Below are positions 1 through 15,500 of a DNA stretch of 64,000 nt, piece after piece. Source of the stretch: the human T2T-CHM13v2.0 reference genome, Homo sapiens; the NCBI RefSeq assembly GCF_009914755.1, contig NC_060937.1. One strand, given 5' to 3'. How positions within the stretch are numbered: position 1 is the stretch's first letter; every line of letters starts with the position of its first letter. A program made the translations under genes and the position numbers. The notes below the pieces were generated by a model that saw only the letters and a program-made list of their open reading frames with translations, had not been told where the DNA came from and did no database searches.

Positions 1-64
1 GGTAGCCCAGAGGCTTATTTAGCCACTAAAAAGATTCACATACATAGAAAAGGACAGGGAAAAC

Positions 65-365
65 TTTTTTTTTTTTTTTTTTTGAGACAGTCTCGCTCTG
101 CCGCCCAGGCTGGAGGTGCAGTGGTGCAATCGCCGGCTCACTGTAAGTTCCGCCTCCTGGGTTCACGCCATTCTCCTGCCTCAGCCTCCCCAGTAGCTGG
201 GACTACAGGCGCCCACCACCACTCCCAGCTAATTTTTTTTATTTTTTAGTAGAGATGGGGTTTCACCATGTTAGCCAGGATGGTCTCGATCTCCTGACCT
301 CGTGATCCGCCGGCCTTGGCCTCCCAAAGTGCTGGGATTACAGGCGTGAGCCACCGCGCCCGGCC
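65..365 (-). mobile_element. AluY
   Basis: Poly-T then antisense Alu with Y diagnostics (ttcacgccattc, ttagccaggatgg). TSD agggaaaac. Confidence 0.92.
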
Positions 366-612
366 AGGGAAAACATTCTGAAAGAGAAAAAAGGAGTGGA
401 GAAATTTCTTCCCTTATTTTCGACAGGAAGATTTAAGCTCCTCATCTTACATTTTTACTTGCTCTTTCTGCACTTAATCACCACATGTTGAAAAAGTAAA
501 AACTAAAAGATGGTTTTCCCTGTAATTAACTATAAACACCTAAGGGCAAGAGCTATGTGTTATTTTCCTACACAACACCAATATAGTGTGCACTCAACAA
601 ATGTTTGTGGAA

Positions 613-702
613 AGAGGAAGGAAGGAAGGAAAAGAAAGAGAAACAGGAAAGAGAGAAGGAGAAAGAGAGGAAGGAAGGAAGGAAAAAAAGAAAAGGAGAA
701 AG
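613..702. repeat. GA-rich low-complexity tract
   Basis: Almost pure purine run (gaaggaaggaaaagaaagag...). Confidence 0.85.
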
Positions 703-945
703 ATGATTTTGACAACTGTAAAACAATCTCCACATTAAGGACTAAGCATTAAGGGAAGAGAATCAAATAACAGACAGATAAGCTGGGCCTATCATAATAG
801 TTATTGACTCTTCATAAACCATCTCTACATGTACATTTAGTTATGCATTGGGTAATGGTTAAAATAGATACCTAGGGTGCTTTCCAAAACTGGATTCTAC
901 AGTTCCTAGGTCACGGACTTGGCTTGTCTCCAGTTGGCCTGCTTT

Positions 946-1990
<1,045 letters not shown>

Positions 1991-3603
1991 CTTTTCTCTC
2001 CTCCTCCACCTCCAAAGCTCCCTCCTCTTAAGTAGGGAGAATTCATTCGCACGTTTTTCAGAGCTCTGCACTGTAATTCATTCAGATCCAGACATTTCGG
2101 CTCATTTACAGCGGATGCATGCTCTCGCATAATCTCTACACCCATCTTGGGCTTCAATTTTCTCTTAACAATGTTCGTTCTACCCTTTTCAGTCCAAAGA
2201 TCACTCTCCTTGACAGAGAAGACAGGACTAAATGGGAGGAAAGGAGTTCTGTTTTCTTCATGTCATCCATCAACATCACACCACTGGCCTCAGGCAGCGA
2301 GCCTCTTCCTTCCTTATTCTTGCTCTAAATTTAAGAGCCCTCCGTTATCCTTACTTTCTTTTCTCTAAGCCTCAGCTCACTCTGGTCTTTGGTCCTTCTG
2401 ATCTGTTACTGGTCCCTGCCTTTCTTCAACACAATCTTTGGCAGCGTGCCTCTTTCCACTTTTTGGCACATCTTTTTAAAATCCGAGTTTCTCAGTGGGA
2501 GTGTGCAGCCACCTTGGCTCCGAATGTCTTTTCCTTTTGTCTGCAGCATGAACAACATGTGTGATTGCAAAGATAGAATTATAATTTTGAAAGCTTACCA
2601 ATTCTTTTGAGTTTCCTCTTGAGAAATAGAATTAAAACAATCTTTTCTTGAATTCATTAAAACCTGCCTTCTCCAATTGTTGAGTACCTGTCTTAGCATT
2701 CCAAGCCTCCTCCCTGCTTGGCTAGCACAAACCTTAAAACGACACACGCACTTCCTCAAAAGATTCCTTTATACCATAGAAGTGAAGTGCAGGAGGCAAA
2801 AAGATCCAATGGTTTTTTCTGACAATAGTCTCTGTAAAACATCACAAGAAACCAATTAAAGAGGATGGTAGTGAGCCTGAAATAAAAGGGAAAGTTGCTA
2901 AAGATATTGTGGTGGTAGAATTGATAATCCCTGCCAATGAATTATGCAGGGATAATTATGAGAAGGAAGGAAGACTGTTGAGGCCTGTAAGTATACATGG
3001 CCAGGTGATCTAGAAAATGGTGATAAGGTAGGAAGAAAGAAGGACCAACATTTTTAGTAATAAAGAAAGGAGTTGAGAAAGTATCTTTTCATTTAAAACT
3101 AATATAGTATTTCCCTTGCTACTCTCCTACCTTGCATTCCCATTTACCTTTTAAGAGCATTTATCCCATCAGTTTGTCTACAACCTATCCTGTGAGGTAA
3201 GGTGGAGATAAGAGATTTGTCCAAGGTTTCAACATTAGTGAATGGCAGAGCTACATTCTCATATCTTCCAGAAATCCCGTGGTTCCCCTTTCTTTTCCAA
3301 AATGCTATGGCTCATGGCATTGCTAACCATCTGCAGGGATTAAAGGACAGGCATTGCCTGTAAAGGGGCAAAGCCAGCCCTTTGGTTTGCATCAGCAGCT
3401 GCTGTTGGCGGGGTTTAGGTTTATTCATAACTGATTAGCTTAATATGATATCCTTATCCCAAGAATCTTTCTATCCTTGATTATCACACCTGGGGTTGGC
3501 CAATTAACTGGGACAAATTCCAAAACATTGAGAGAAGCTCTCTTCCAGGGTGTTTCTCCTCTCCTATATCTTGTCTCCCACTTCCAAGCAACAACCACAC
3601 TAG

Positions 3604-3636
3604 TCTCTCTCTCTCTCTCTCTCTCCCTCTCCCTCT

Positions 3637-3691
<55 letters not shown>
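3604..3691. repeat. Compound (CT)n(GT)n microsatellite
   Basis: Directly visible. Confidence 0.95.
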
Positions 3692-3693
<2 letters not shown>

Positions 3694-4087
3694 CCGAGGT
3701 GAGCAGGCCTATACAAACCTACTTCCAAAGGCCAGGGAAGGTGAGGAGCTGAAGAAAGAAGCTGACAAGTCCAGATTCTCAGAATGAAATAATAGGGATT
3801 TATGAACAGAAGCCATATCTCAAGCAGCTGCGAATGGTGGATCCCTACAGTACACTGTTACCCCACAGACCCAGGGCTTACAAATCATAGGGAATTTGCC
3901 TAAGGGGAAGATATATGTGTTTATGATAACATCAAGGTTGTTTTGACCTAAGGGCAGGAATTATTCGTAATTATACACTCTTAACAGTAGATAAAATAGA
4001 AATTTTAGAGGCATTTTCGGAACTGGGGTTAATCAGAAGTCAACATGGCCAATTAGTATACAAGATGGAGTTACTCTAGCCTGAACA
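3690..4087 (-). mobile_element. Solo LTR (LTR47-like; family uncertain)
   Basis: TG...CA ends. The reverse complement begins tgttcaggctagagtaactccatcttg...catgttgacttctgattaaccccagttcc, typical of an LTR 5' end. Confidence 0.6.
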
Positions 4088-4955
4088 TTCTTCTTCCTCA
4101 ATGTCCCCCAAACACGTGCTTACCACCATCACTGCACCACTGTGGCTGCTTTAAATGTCCCTGCACTCAATCCTTCACCAGCCACCACCATACTTATTTC
4201 TTTCCATCTGTAAAAATTTTCCTCTTTTATCAAATCCATTCATTTACCAAATACTCATTGAATCACTACTATGTGCTAGGCACTGTTCAAGGAACTGGGA
4301 ATACAGCATTGAACAAAACAATGTCCCCGAGCTCATGGAATTTTATTCTATAGTCTTTGAAACTCTTTATTGACCACATCAAATCTCCCTTCCTCTGAAA
4401 TACTATAAATTTTGTATATATGGCCACATCACCATCAATGTATTTACACAGGCTAGAAATATGAAACTCATCTTTGATTCATCAGTCTCCATCTATATCT
4501 AGTCATTTACAAAGTCCTGACTTTATAAAATACGTCTACATTTACTATAACTACAATGTAATTTTTCTGAAGATACTTTCTGAAAGACAACTGAATCTCC
4601 AAATTAAATATGTAGGCTTCTTATCTTGATTTAATATCGTGAGAATTCCACATGCTCATTCTTTTGTCCTCATCCATACTCTCACGGCTCTAGCTCAGGA
4701 CTCTCATCACGGGTCACCTTGAACTGATGTAATCACCTCCAGCCTCCTAACAGATTGCTCTGCTTCTGGGCTTTCCTCCCTCAAATCTCTTTCTTGGGTT
4801 CACTCATGATTTATTTAAAATAAAAAGCTAAATCTAATCAGGTCCATGCCCTGCTTATAACCTTTTAAAAGTTCAAGCTACTTGATATGGCACCAAAAGC
4901 CATTCGTGTTAGGTTTTTTATCTCATTGCTTTGCATAGCTTCTATCTCATTTTTC

Positions 4956-4958
<3 letters not shown>

Positions 4959-5003
<45 letters not shown>

Positions 5004-5012
5004 TGTGTGTGT
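4959..5012. repeat. Compound (CT)n(GT)n microsatellite
   Basis: Directly visible. Confidence 0.95.
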
Positions 5013-5210
5013 CTAACTCATACTAAAGTTCTTTAGTGGCTGGTTTGTACGATATTGTAGTCTCCATGCCTAGCATAGTGCCTGGCCTATATTAGTTCCT
5101 TACTAAAGTTTGAATTGAACTGGGTTTTTGATATTGTTTTGAATTTGTATGTGTCTTTGATCTTAAGCTTTCATATGTCTGTGTCTTCTTCAACTGTAGA
5201 ATGTGTTCCT

Positions 5211-5607
5211 TGGGGGGATAATCAGGGTTATTTACAAATGTTCTTGTTCTCTTCCTCCTTTGTACGTTGCAGAAAATTGTAGGATTTTCTTTCCCACACC
5301 TTTAAAATTAGGAATAGCCACATGATTTGTTCTGGCTAATAACATGTGAACAGAAGTAGCATGTGTCATTTCCTGGAGAAAGCATTTCCTGGAGATAGCA
5401 CAGAATACTGCCACTATGTCCTCCTCTTGGTGTATGGAAAGCATAAGAACAGACAGAGCCTTTCTCAGTCCTTGACTAAGGTGAGCAGAGGCTTCTGCTG
5501 ACCTGTGCATAAAGTGCAGCATGGGCAAGAAACTATTGCTAATCCAAGAAGAGGTGGGGGCTGCTTATTGTGGTCACCATAACTTTGCCTATTCCGACTG
5601 CTCCATT
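5211..5607 (+). mobile_element. Old MaLR LTR (MLT1-type)
   Basis: Motifs tagccacatgatttgttctggctaataacatgtgaacagaagt and gcttattgtggtcaccataac resemble MLT1. Confidence 0.6.
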
Positions 5608-7140
5608 GCCTGAGGACAGGACCTGTACCACTTAACTTTGTGTCTCCATTGTGCCACATTTAAAACAGACTATAGACATATATTTAAATGTTGATTTCTG
5701 ATTTTTCTTAATTCACAATGTCCAATTTCAAATATCCCTCTCCCATCAGTTTCTGTTCTCTCCATACTAAAGCACAATTTCTACTCATTTTAGCTCAACT
5801 ATGGTTTCTAAAACAGAAATTTCTAATCAGTTCATAATCTGGTGCCAATCACTGGTGTAAGGTTTTGTAGGGAATGAAATGTCACCCCCGATGACTGACG
5901 ACGATTCCTTCAGCTCAGCTGTGGTCAGCGTCCTCCAGGGACGGTGAGAAGGAATGTTCAGAGCACATGCCCTGCAGCTGAGCAGCAAAGCAAAGGGCTT
6001 GTAATAAATCAGCTTCCTAGGGGAGGTGTGTGTTGCAGTACAGCTGTCCCTGTAGCCTCTGTCCCAGCAGATGGCACAACATGGCAATAAATGTCATGAA
6101 AATGCTTCTCCCATTTGCCTTTATATAAACCCTTCACTTCTGAGCATGTAATTCTGTGAGCAGAAAAAAAATGATAATCCTCTGTGATGCTTTTTAAACT
6201 CTATTGTTAAACAAGGGAATATTTTTAAAGGGAGGGAGGAATTCCAAATCAGAGCCCCTTCCTTGAAGGAATGCCTAACATGTATTTATTCTCTATGCAA
6301 TCCTCATGGTAACTGGAGAGGCATATTCTTTCTCCACATGTAAATTTTATTATACCTCACTCCGATATTATTTCATGCACATCAGCACGGAGCTAGTTTC
6401 TAGATGTGCTAGTCCACTGAGTTATTAATAAAAACAAAGAGCCCACAACCTTCTATTTTCTTCTACCTGCTAATAGTTTCAGAACAATTCCTTTTACTTC
6501 CTCTGGCAGCCACACTTCCAAACACATCCTCTCATAACTGGACAAACAAGTCCAGCTAATTACAACCTATCTGCTTAATATCCTGCAATTTAAAATTAAG
6601 ATTGTAGGCACTGTTTTTATGATTACATGTTTTTAAAAATTAGTTTTTAGCCAGAGTTATCACAAAACTTTGAATTTTAACTTGAAATTTTTGGCTTTAT
6701 AAATGTCAAGGGTTTTACTTTAAAATATGTCTACATTTACTATAACTACAATGTAATTTTTCTAAATATACTTTCTGAAAGACAACCGAATCTCCAAATT
6801 AAATATGTAGGCTTCTTATCTTGATTTTTAAAAAATCGACCTAAAGAAAAAATGCAATGTTTCCTTTGAACATAAAGTATTTAGGGACCACAAGAAATGT
6901 CTCTAGTGTGAAAACATACACAAAAAAACATACAAAAAATGTGAGTTCTTAGGCCTATCCTGTGAATGGAATAAGATCTCCTGACCTGTATTATCTACAA
7001 CTGTTAGCAGCAGTGAATCTGTACTGGTTGCCCCAACCTCAATTCTTGCCTCCTCAGAAGAAATTCAACCAAGGGGCATAAGGCAGAGAGACTGAGACAA
7101 GTTTTAGAGCGGGAGTGAGAGTTTATTAAAAAGTATTAGA

Positions 7141-7437
7141 GGCCTGGCACGGTGGGTCACACCTGTAATCCCAGCACTTTGGGAGGCCAAGGCGGGCGGA
7201 TCACCTGAGGTCAGAAATTCAAGACCAGCCTGACCAACATGGAGAAACCCCGTCTCTACTAAAAATACAAAATTAGCCGGGCATGGTGGCATATGCCTAT
7301 AATCCCAGCTACTCGGGAGGCTGAGGCAGGAGAATCACTGGAACCCAGGAGGCAGAGGTTGAGTGAGCCGAGATCGTGCCGTTGCACTCCAGCCTGGGCA
7401 ACAAGAATGAAACTCTGTGTTAAAAAAAAAAAAAAAA
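7141..7437 (+). mobile_element. AluSp-like
   Basis: Full dimer with ctgaccaacatggagaaacc and an A tail. TSD ending attaga. Confidence 0.88.
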
Positions 7438-7897
7438 TTAGAGCAGGAATGAAAGGAAGTCAAGTACACTTGGAAGAAGGCCAAGTGAGCAACTTGGGAG
7501 ATTGGGTGCATGGTTTGGCCTTTGACTTGGGGTTTTATATGTTGGCAATCTTCTGGAGTCAATGATTCCCTTGGGGTGGGCTGTCTGCATGCGCAGTGGC
7601 CGGCCAGCACTTGGGAGGGGCCGCAAGCCCAGTGTGTTTACTGGAGTTGTGCATATACTTACTTGAGGCGTTCTTCCCTTACCAGTCGAATGTTCCTGTA
7701 AGGTCATGTATCAGTTAAACTCTGCCATTTTGCCCCTTAATGTACATGCTTGAGCTTTCTTGCCCAAATCCTGAGATCTTATCAGAAGCTGCTGATCACC
7801 AGTTTCAGGTGTTTCTATCTATTGGGAGACTGCCTTTCCCTGGCACTGGCTGCAACCAATTATTACTTTAGAGAGTCAGCTTAACAACTGGCTGGCC

Positions 7898-8452
<555 letters not shown>

Positions 8453-8459
8453 TTAGAAG

Positions 8460-8477
8460 TTTATTAAACATTTTATT
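8460..8477 (-). terminator. Candidate distal tandem poly(A) signals (2x AATAAA) of EPSTI1
   Basis: tttatt at 8460-8465 and 8472-8477, followed on the minus strand by GU/U-rich sequence (ttttgtatttgg...tttttcctttgtggtttc). Confidence 0.6.
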
Positions 8478-10047
8478 ACACACCTGTATTGCCTAAAGTT
8501 TCTATAACAAACATCTTACATTGGAACGATTTTCTTGTTTTTATTTTCTACAAAAAAAAAAGCGGGGGGACGTTAAAATTAAGCATAGAAATGGTGGAAC
8601 TTTGGGATTTCCTGTCCAGTCACCTGCGAGTCAGGTTTTATTCCAATTGATTCAACGTGGCAGATTAAATGTGAAAAGTAAAATGGTGGGCTCCTTTAGG
8701 CAGCAAGTCTTGCTTCTCTCCTGGTTACCTCTGCCTACATAGATATTTGGTTAAGCAAGATGTTTATACCCCCACACATATTCTAGATAGTTCTGGTCAT
8801 GAAGTAAGTCACAATTTTCCATATCTGCACAATTTTTAAAAAATGGAACTACCCATCTGCACAAAATCTTTGGGAGTGCAGGGTAGGCCAGGCAGTGGAG
8901 GAGAAATTGACACCAACTTCCCTGAGAGCTTCCAAAGTAAGAAAGCATCCCTTTTTCCTACGTCAACTCCTGGTTGCATGCTGGAAAATGCAGCAAGTGA
9001 GGCACACCAAGCATAGACGCAAAAATCGGAACACAACTGTAAGGTAGCCAGGCTGGCAGGTGTAGGGCCGAAATGGCTGCACACCACCACACTAAAATGT
9101 CTGCTACAGCCGCACATTTACAATTAGTTTGGTGATATTTCCAACACAGGCTGGGGGATTGAGTTTCCCCCATATAAGGCAATGACAAGGATTTCAAATG
9201 GACCAAACATTTTATATTAGTGTCAACAGCACTAACACAGCTTCAGCTGGCGGAGGAGAGGGAAACCAAGAATATCCACATTATTTACTCCAGAGAAACT
9301 TCCTGACACCATCTGTTCTCTGTTACCCCCCACCCACCAATGTGGCCCTTTCCTAGTGCACCCTTGCCTAGCTCTGCGAACCCCTCAGTTATGTCTCTTG
9401 GCCCAAGAATTTCAAAACCCCATGTTTTCCTGAATAAAGAGATTCGGAAAGTTCATTTCAACAGAGTGACTGGTAACACAGAAGATCTCTTAATGCTGCA
9501 AAGTATTATTAGTTGTCCAGCTGCAAAGATGATTTGTTGTATTTACCTTTATTCTAGGATTGAATGTAATGCTTTTGCTATACAATGTGGTGGCTGGGGG
9601 ACGGTGAGGCGGAGGGGACAGAGGGATTGAGCTAGATTACACAGCGTAGAAAATCAATGCTCTTACACTCTAGGGTCTGAGAACTGGTTCAGGGTCACAG
9701 AAGTGAATAAGAAAGCCAACTGAACTAGCAATAGGAAATAGGTTACACAGAGCAAAGAAAAAACAAGTTTCTGAAACATGTACAAACTACATATGATGTC
9801 TATATTTGTGTCTAGCTGATGTGTATACAAACATTGGCCTTTCTGGAGATAAACTGTCCCCCTCTGAAAATCAGGGTAACACTATTAGTAAGTCAAGACC
9901 AAAACAAGAGCCAACAGTAATGACAGTACTATATTTGATCTATACGGCCTGGAAAAGGGAATTAAAATGAGACCCTTCAAGAGAGAAAACCCCAATAACT
10001 TTTCATTAAAAATAAAAATGACCCATTTATACAGAAGGAGTTCAAAA

Positions 10048-10053
10048 TTTATT
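10048..10053 (-). terminator. Candidate proximal poly(A) signal AATAAA of EPSTI1
   Basis: tttatt on the plus strand, with a U-rich element downstream on the minus strand (~10005-10022), about 240 nt past the long-isoform stop. Confidence 0.6.
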
Positions 10054-10293
10054 TATAAATTTGTGTAAAAGAATATAAGACCTTTTTCTTTTGTACATAT
10101 TTGTACCATAAAGAAAGTAGGGATTAAAATCTAAAAAGACCCCCAAAGCTTTCAAAACCTGATCTGAGAATTAGATAAGAATATGTCACTTAGAAAGACA
10201 AGCCTGTAGCACCCATAGCTCTGATTAACCTGAAAGCATCAAGTGACTCCCTCTTTTTCTACCCTACCAACATCACTCTAATTATACTTCCAA

Positions 10294-10546
10294 TTAGAAA
10301 AATAATGTAGCATTTCCCTGGCAGTAGAGATTAAATATGAGTTCAGGAATCAGCTCCTCCAAACATGCATAAATGAGGACAAGGAGAAGCCAGTCACTCC
10401 TGACTGCACGGTCAAGTGTGTGGGCAGTTGAAATTAAGGTAAAAACAGTGAGGCTGAACAAAATCACATTAAGAAAAAGCATCTCATGAGGCTTTTCGAG
10501 GTCAGTTGATGAAGGCCAGATAGGAGTCAATATTTTCTCATATACC
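10294..10546 (-). CDS. EPSTI1: EPSTI1 last exon coding part. With the micro-exon it reads VYEKILTPIW...CQGNATLFF* (TAA 10294-10296). Without it, it reads GI* (TGA 10538-10540).
   Basis: Acceptor tttcttccag|GGTATATGA. ORF track 10294..10566. Both reading frames can be checked directly in the sequence. Confidence 0.9.
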
Positions 10547-11254
10547 CTGGAAGAAAAAGAAAACAAAAATTACTGCAAGCAGCAAAATAAAATTCAAAGC
10601 CTTTGTAGTCAAAAATGAAGTTCCTGCAAAGAACGCTCTTATGCATCAAGCTGAAATGACCATTTTTTAAAATTAACAACTTAAATGACCATTGAAACGA
10701 TTTGATTTTCAAGTCACATTGCATTTGATTCACAAAATAGTCTTGGTCAATAAGGTAATGGCTTGTCAAGTGATGTCTTATTGGCTGTGTTCTTAGAGAT
10801 AGACTAACAGAGGTGACAAATATACAGTTCGAAAATGTTGTCACCCACCTACACAGTTACAGCAAGGACAGGATGAACACATGTGGAACAGAGCAATTTA
10901 AATGGAAATGTCTCAAGTAGGGTTACGCTGTATTATACAGCAGAAAGGTGACTTCTAAGAGGACCTTGATGTAGGGAGATAGATTGGTGAGTCTCCACTC
11001 CTACCATGTGCAAAGGGTCAAGAAACCTCCATCAAGCCTTCTGCAGTGCTGGGCCACGCTACGTATGGAATACACACCATTGCTGTTTCTTCTAACACTT
11101 TGAGAAATTAAAATCTCAGGTTGCCTCATTGGTCATAGGAAATGCTTAACTGCCCCTGAAGACATAGGATTTAGAGTTTCCACAGCATCCCAAAGAGCCT
11201 CACCTATTGTATCAGAGGAAATATTATTTAAAGGGATGTTTTTAAGTGACCCAC

Positions 11255-11286
11255 CTTAGGTGCCTCGAAAAAACTAATAGAGAACC
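11255..11286 (-). CDS. EPSTI1: EPSTI1 alternative 32-nt frame-shifting micro-exon, GSLLVFSRHL(R)
   Basis: T-rich acceptor ending ttttctag|GGT and donor AG|gtgggt. The peptide matches the recalled long EPSTI1 isoform. Confidence 0.88.
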
Positions 11287-11749
11287 CTAGAAAAATAAAA
11301 AAATATATTTTTTACATATAAAAGCAATTATTGAAGAATAAATGTATATGTTAAGAAATATGAGAAGACTGATTTAAATTAACAATGATTAAAAAATAAA
11401 AATCAATCCACCTAACATACACACTTATTGGGGGCCTACTGCTTAAGTGTCTATATGACATTTCAAGAAACCACTGCTTCTTTCCATGGCTTGGTTTTAT
11501 CATAATTTCTGCCTTCCTCCTTGTTTACTCTGTCTCTGGCTTTTTACTGGTTCCGATATTTCCTCCAAGCCTCTGTGAATTGAGGCATAGCTTTCCTCTT
11601 TCATTCTTTGGAGAAGCTCAGTCCTCATCTATCAGTCTTTAAATGGTGACATATCCTTAATTTAATAGTAATTCAAATATATTGATATAATTTAAGTTGC
11701 TAATTCTATATATTAATTTTGTCCACTTGTTATTTGCAGAACATGTCCT

Positions 11750-13450
<1,701 letters not shown>

Positions 13451-13829
13451 ATTTTGCATGCCCACCAATAATGTGTAAAGTACCCACTTCCCCACAGCCT
13501 TGCCAACAGAGTATATTGTCAATATTTTAGGAGGGTTTTTTTTGCCAAATAATTGATAAGAAATGGCATTTTGGTTTAATTCTTTTTGAAGTCTGCTTGG
13601 TTGTCTTTCATTATCTCCTATTTTTTCCTCATTATTTCAAATCCAATTTTTATTTCATCAAACGTTTTATACATCGTGATTTTAAATTCAGTATCTAATC
13701 ATTTTAGCATGTGAAATCATCTGGCTCTAAGTCTTTCTATTGTGTTTGTGATGTTGAATCACAACCACTTGTTTCCTTGTGTGTGTGGTAAGTTCCAGTT
13801 ATTGTTTTATGCCTGGGATACACCACTGA

Positions 13830-15500
13830 ACACAACAATCCAATGGCCCCACCCTTGTAGAATGTGGAACATACATCACCACAGGGAGAGGCGAAGAGTA
13901 AACAGTCAACAAAACATACAAGGAAATTATGTTTTAAAAGTATGTTAGAAGTTGAAGAGTGCTATAGAAAAAGGGAGGGGAGCCTAGAAAGGGGACTGCA
14001 GGAGCCAGGGTGAGAGGACAGGCAGCAGCTTTAACTAGGATGCCAAGGTAATCTCACTGAGACCGTGGAATTCAAGAAAGTAAATGAAGGAGGACAAACC
14101 ATATGGATATTTTGGAGAATAGTGTAGACAGAGCACCCAGTGCTCTCAGCAAGAAAGCTGGTGTGGCTAGAGAGAAATGAAGAAGGAGAGCAGCAGGAGA
14201 GCCAGAGGGCTAAGAAGGAGTCTGGATCATGCAGCACCTGGTAAGCTGCTGGAAGGACTTCGGCTTTTACTCCAAGTGATTTGGGGGTGGCGAAAGCCAT
14301 TGGAGGGGTATGCAGAGTCAGAATCTGACTTCTGTCAGTCTTGTATCGAGAACAGACTGTAGGTAAGTAATTGTGGGAGTAAGGAAACCATCTAGGAGAC
14401 TACTGCAAGCATCTGGATGAGCACTGAGAGAGGCTGGAAGCAGGATAATGATGATAAGGGTGGTGAGAAGCTGTTGGATTGGATGTATTGGGAAGGAAGA
14501 GTCAAGAGGATTTGTTGATGGCTAGCTGTGTGGGTGTGAGAGAGGGATTGCACCGTTATGGAAACAGGGAAATGTGCAGATAGAGCACTAGGGTAAAGGG
14601 GATCAAAGGTTAGGTTTTAGACATGTTAAGGCTGAAATGTCTATTACATATCTTGGATAAGTAGAGATGTGTTGGGTAGGCAACTGGGTACACAAGTCTG
14701 GAGTTTGGAGGAAGGGGTCTGGGCTGGAAATAGAAACTTGGGAGTCATGAACATATAGATAGTATCTAATTTCATAAGAATGAATGAGTATCTAATTTCA
14801 TAAGAAAGAATGTATTAAGTGAACATCAGTTCAGAAAGTGGTCCAAGGTAGATCCCTGAGGCACTTCACTGTTGAAAGGACAGGCAGATGCAAGGAATTC
14901 AGCAAAGAGGGATGAAAACGGGTTATCACTGAGGTATATGAAAACCCAGGAGAGTACAGTGTCACAGAAGCTAAGTAAAGAAACAGTTTCAAAGAAGAGG
15001 GAGTGATTCACCATGACAAAGAATGGCGATCAGTCAAAAGAGGAAGATTGAGAAATAATCGTTGGATTTTGCAATGTGAACATTTTTAGTGACCATGAAA
15101 AGAACATTCTTTTTGATGGGTAGATTCTAAAACCTTGTAACAGTGGGTTTAAGAAAAAAATAAAGAAATTAGAGATAGCAAGGAGAGGCACCTTTTGATG
15201 TTTTACTCTGAAGGAGGACAGAGAAACAGGGCAGTAGCAAGAAGGAAATGTGCTATCAACAGAATTTATGTTGATTTATGTTTTATGCTGATGGAAGTGT
15301 TCTAGTTGAGATGGAACATTCAGCAATTCAGTAGAGAGGAGAGAGTATTATTAGAACAAAGTCCCCCAGGAGGTGGAGAAGAAGATAAATCATAAAGCAA
15401 AGCAAGCACAGAAGTGCAGATGTCTGGAGGTCAACAGAGGTGAAGGTGGGAGCCTGAGGAACTTCCCAGGTTTCTCTTGCTGCTTCTTTTAAGTAAGGAA
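13830..15500 (-). mobile_element. L2 fragments
   Basis: Purine-rich antisense L2 motifs (aagccattggagggg, ggctggaaatagaaacttgggagtca, tggattttgcaatg). Boundaries are approximate. Confidence 0.65.

Larger units (their letters stand above)
4526..6827 (+). repeat. 107-bp dispersed direct duplication (4526-4632 and 6721-6827)
   Basis: Manual alignment gives 4 mismatches and no gaps. Confidence 0.93.

Noticed and set aside
510-752. Lys/Arg-rich 80-aa ORF
   Set aside because: Translation of a GA-rich low-complexity tract.
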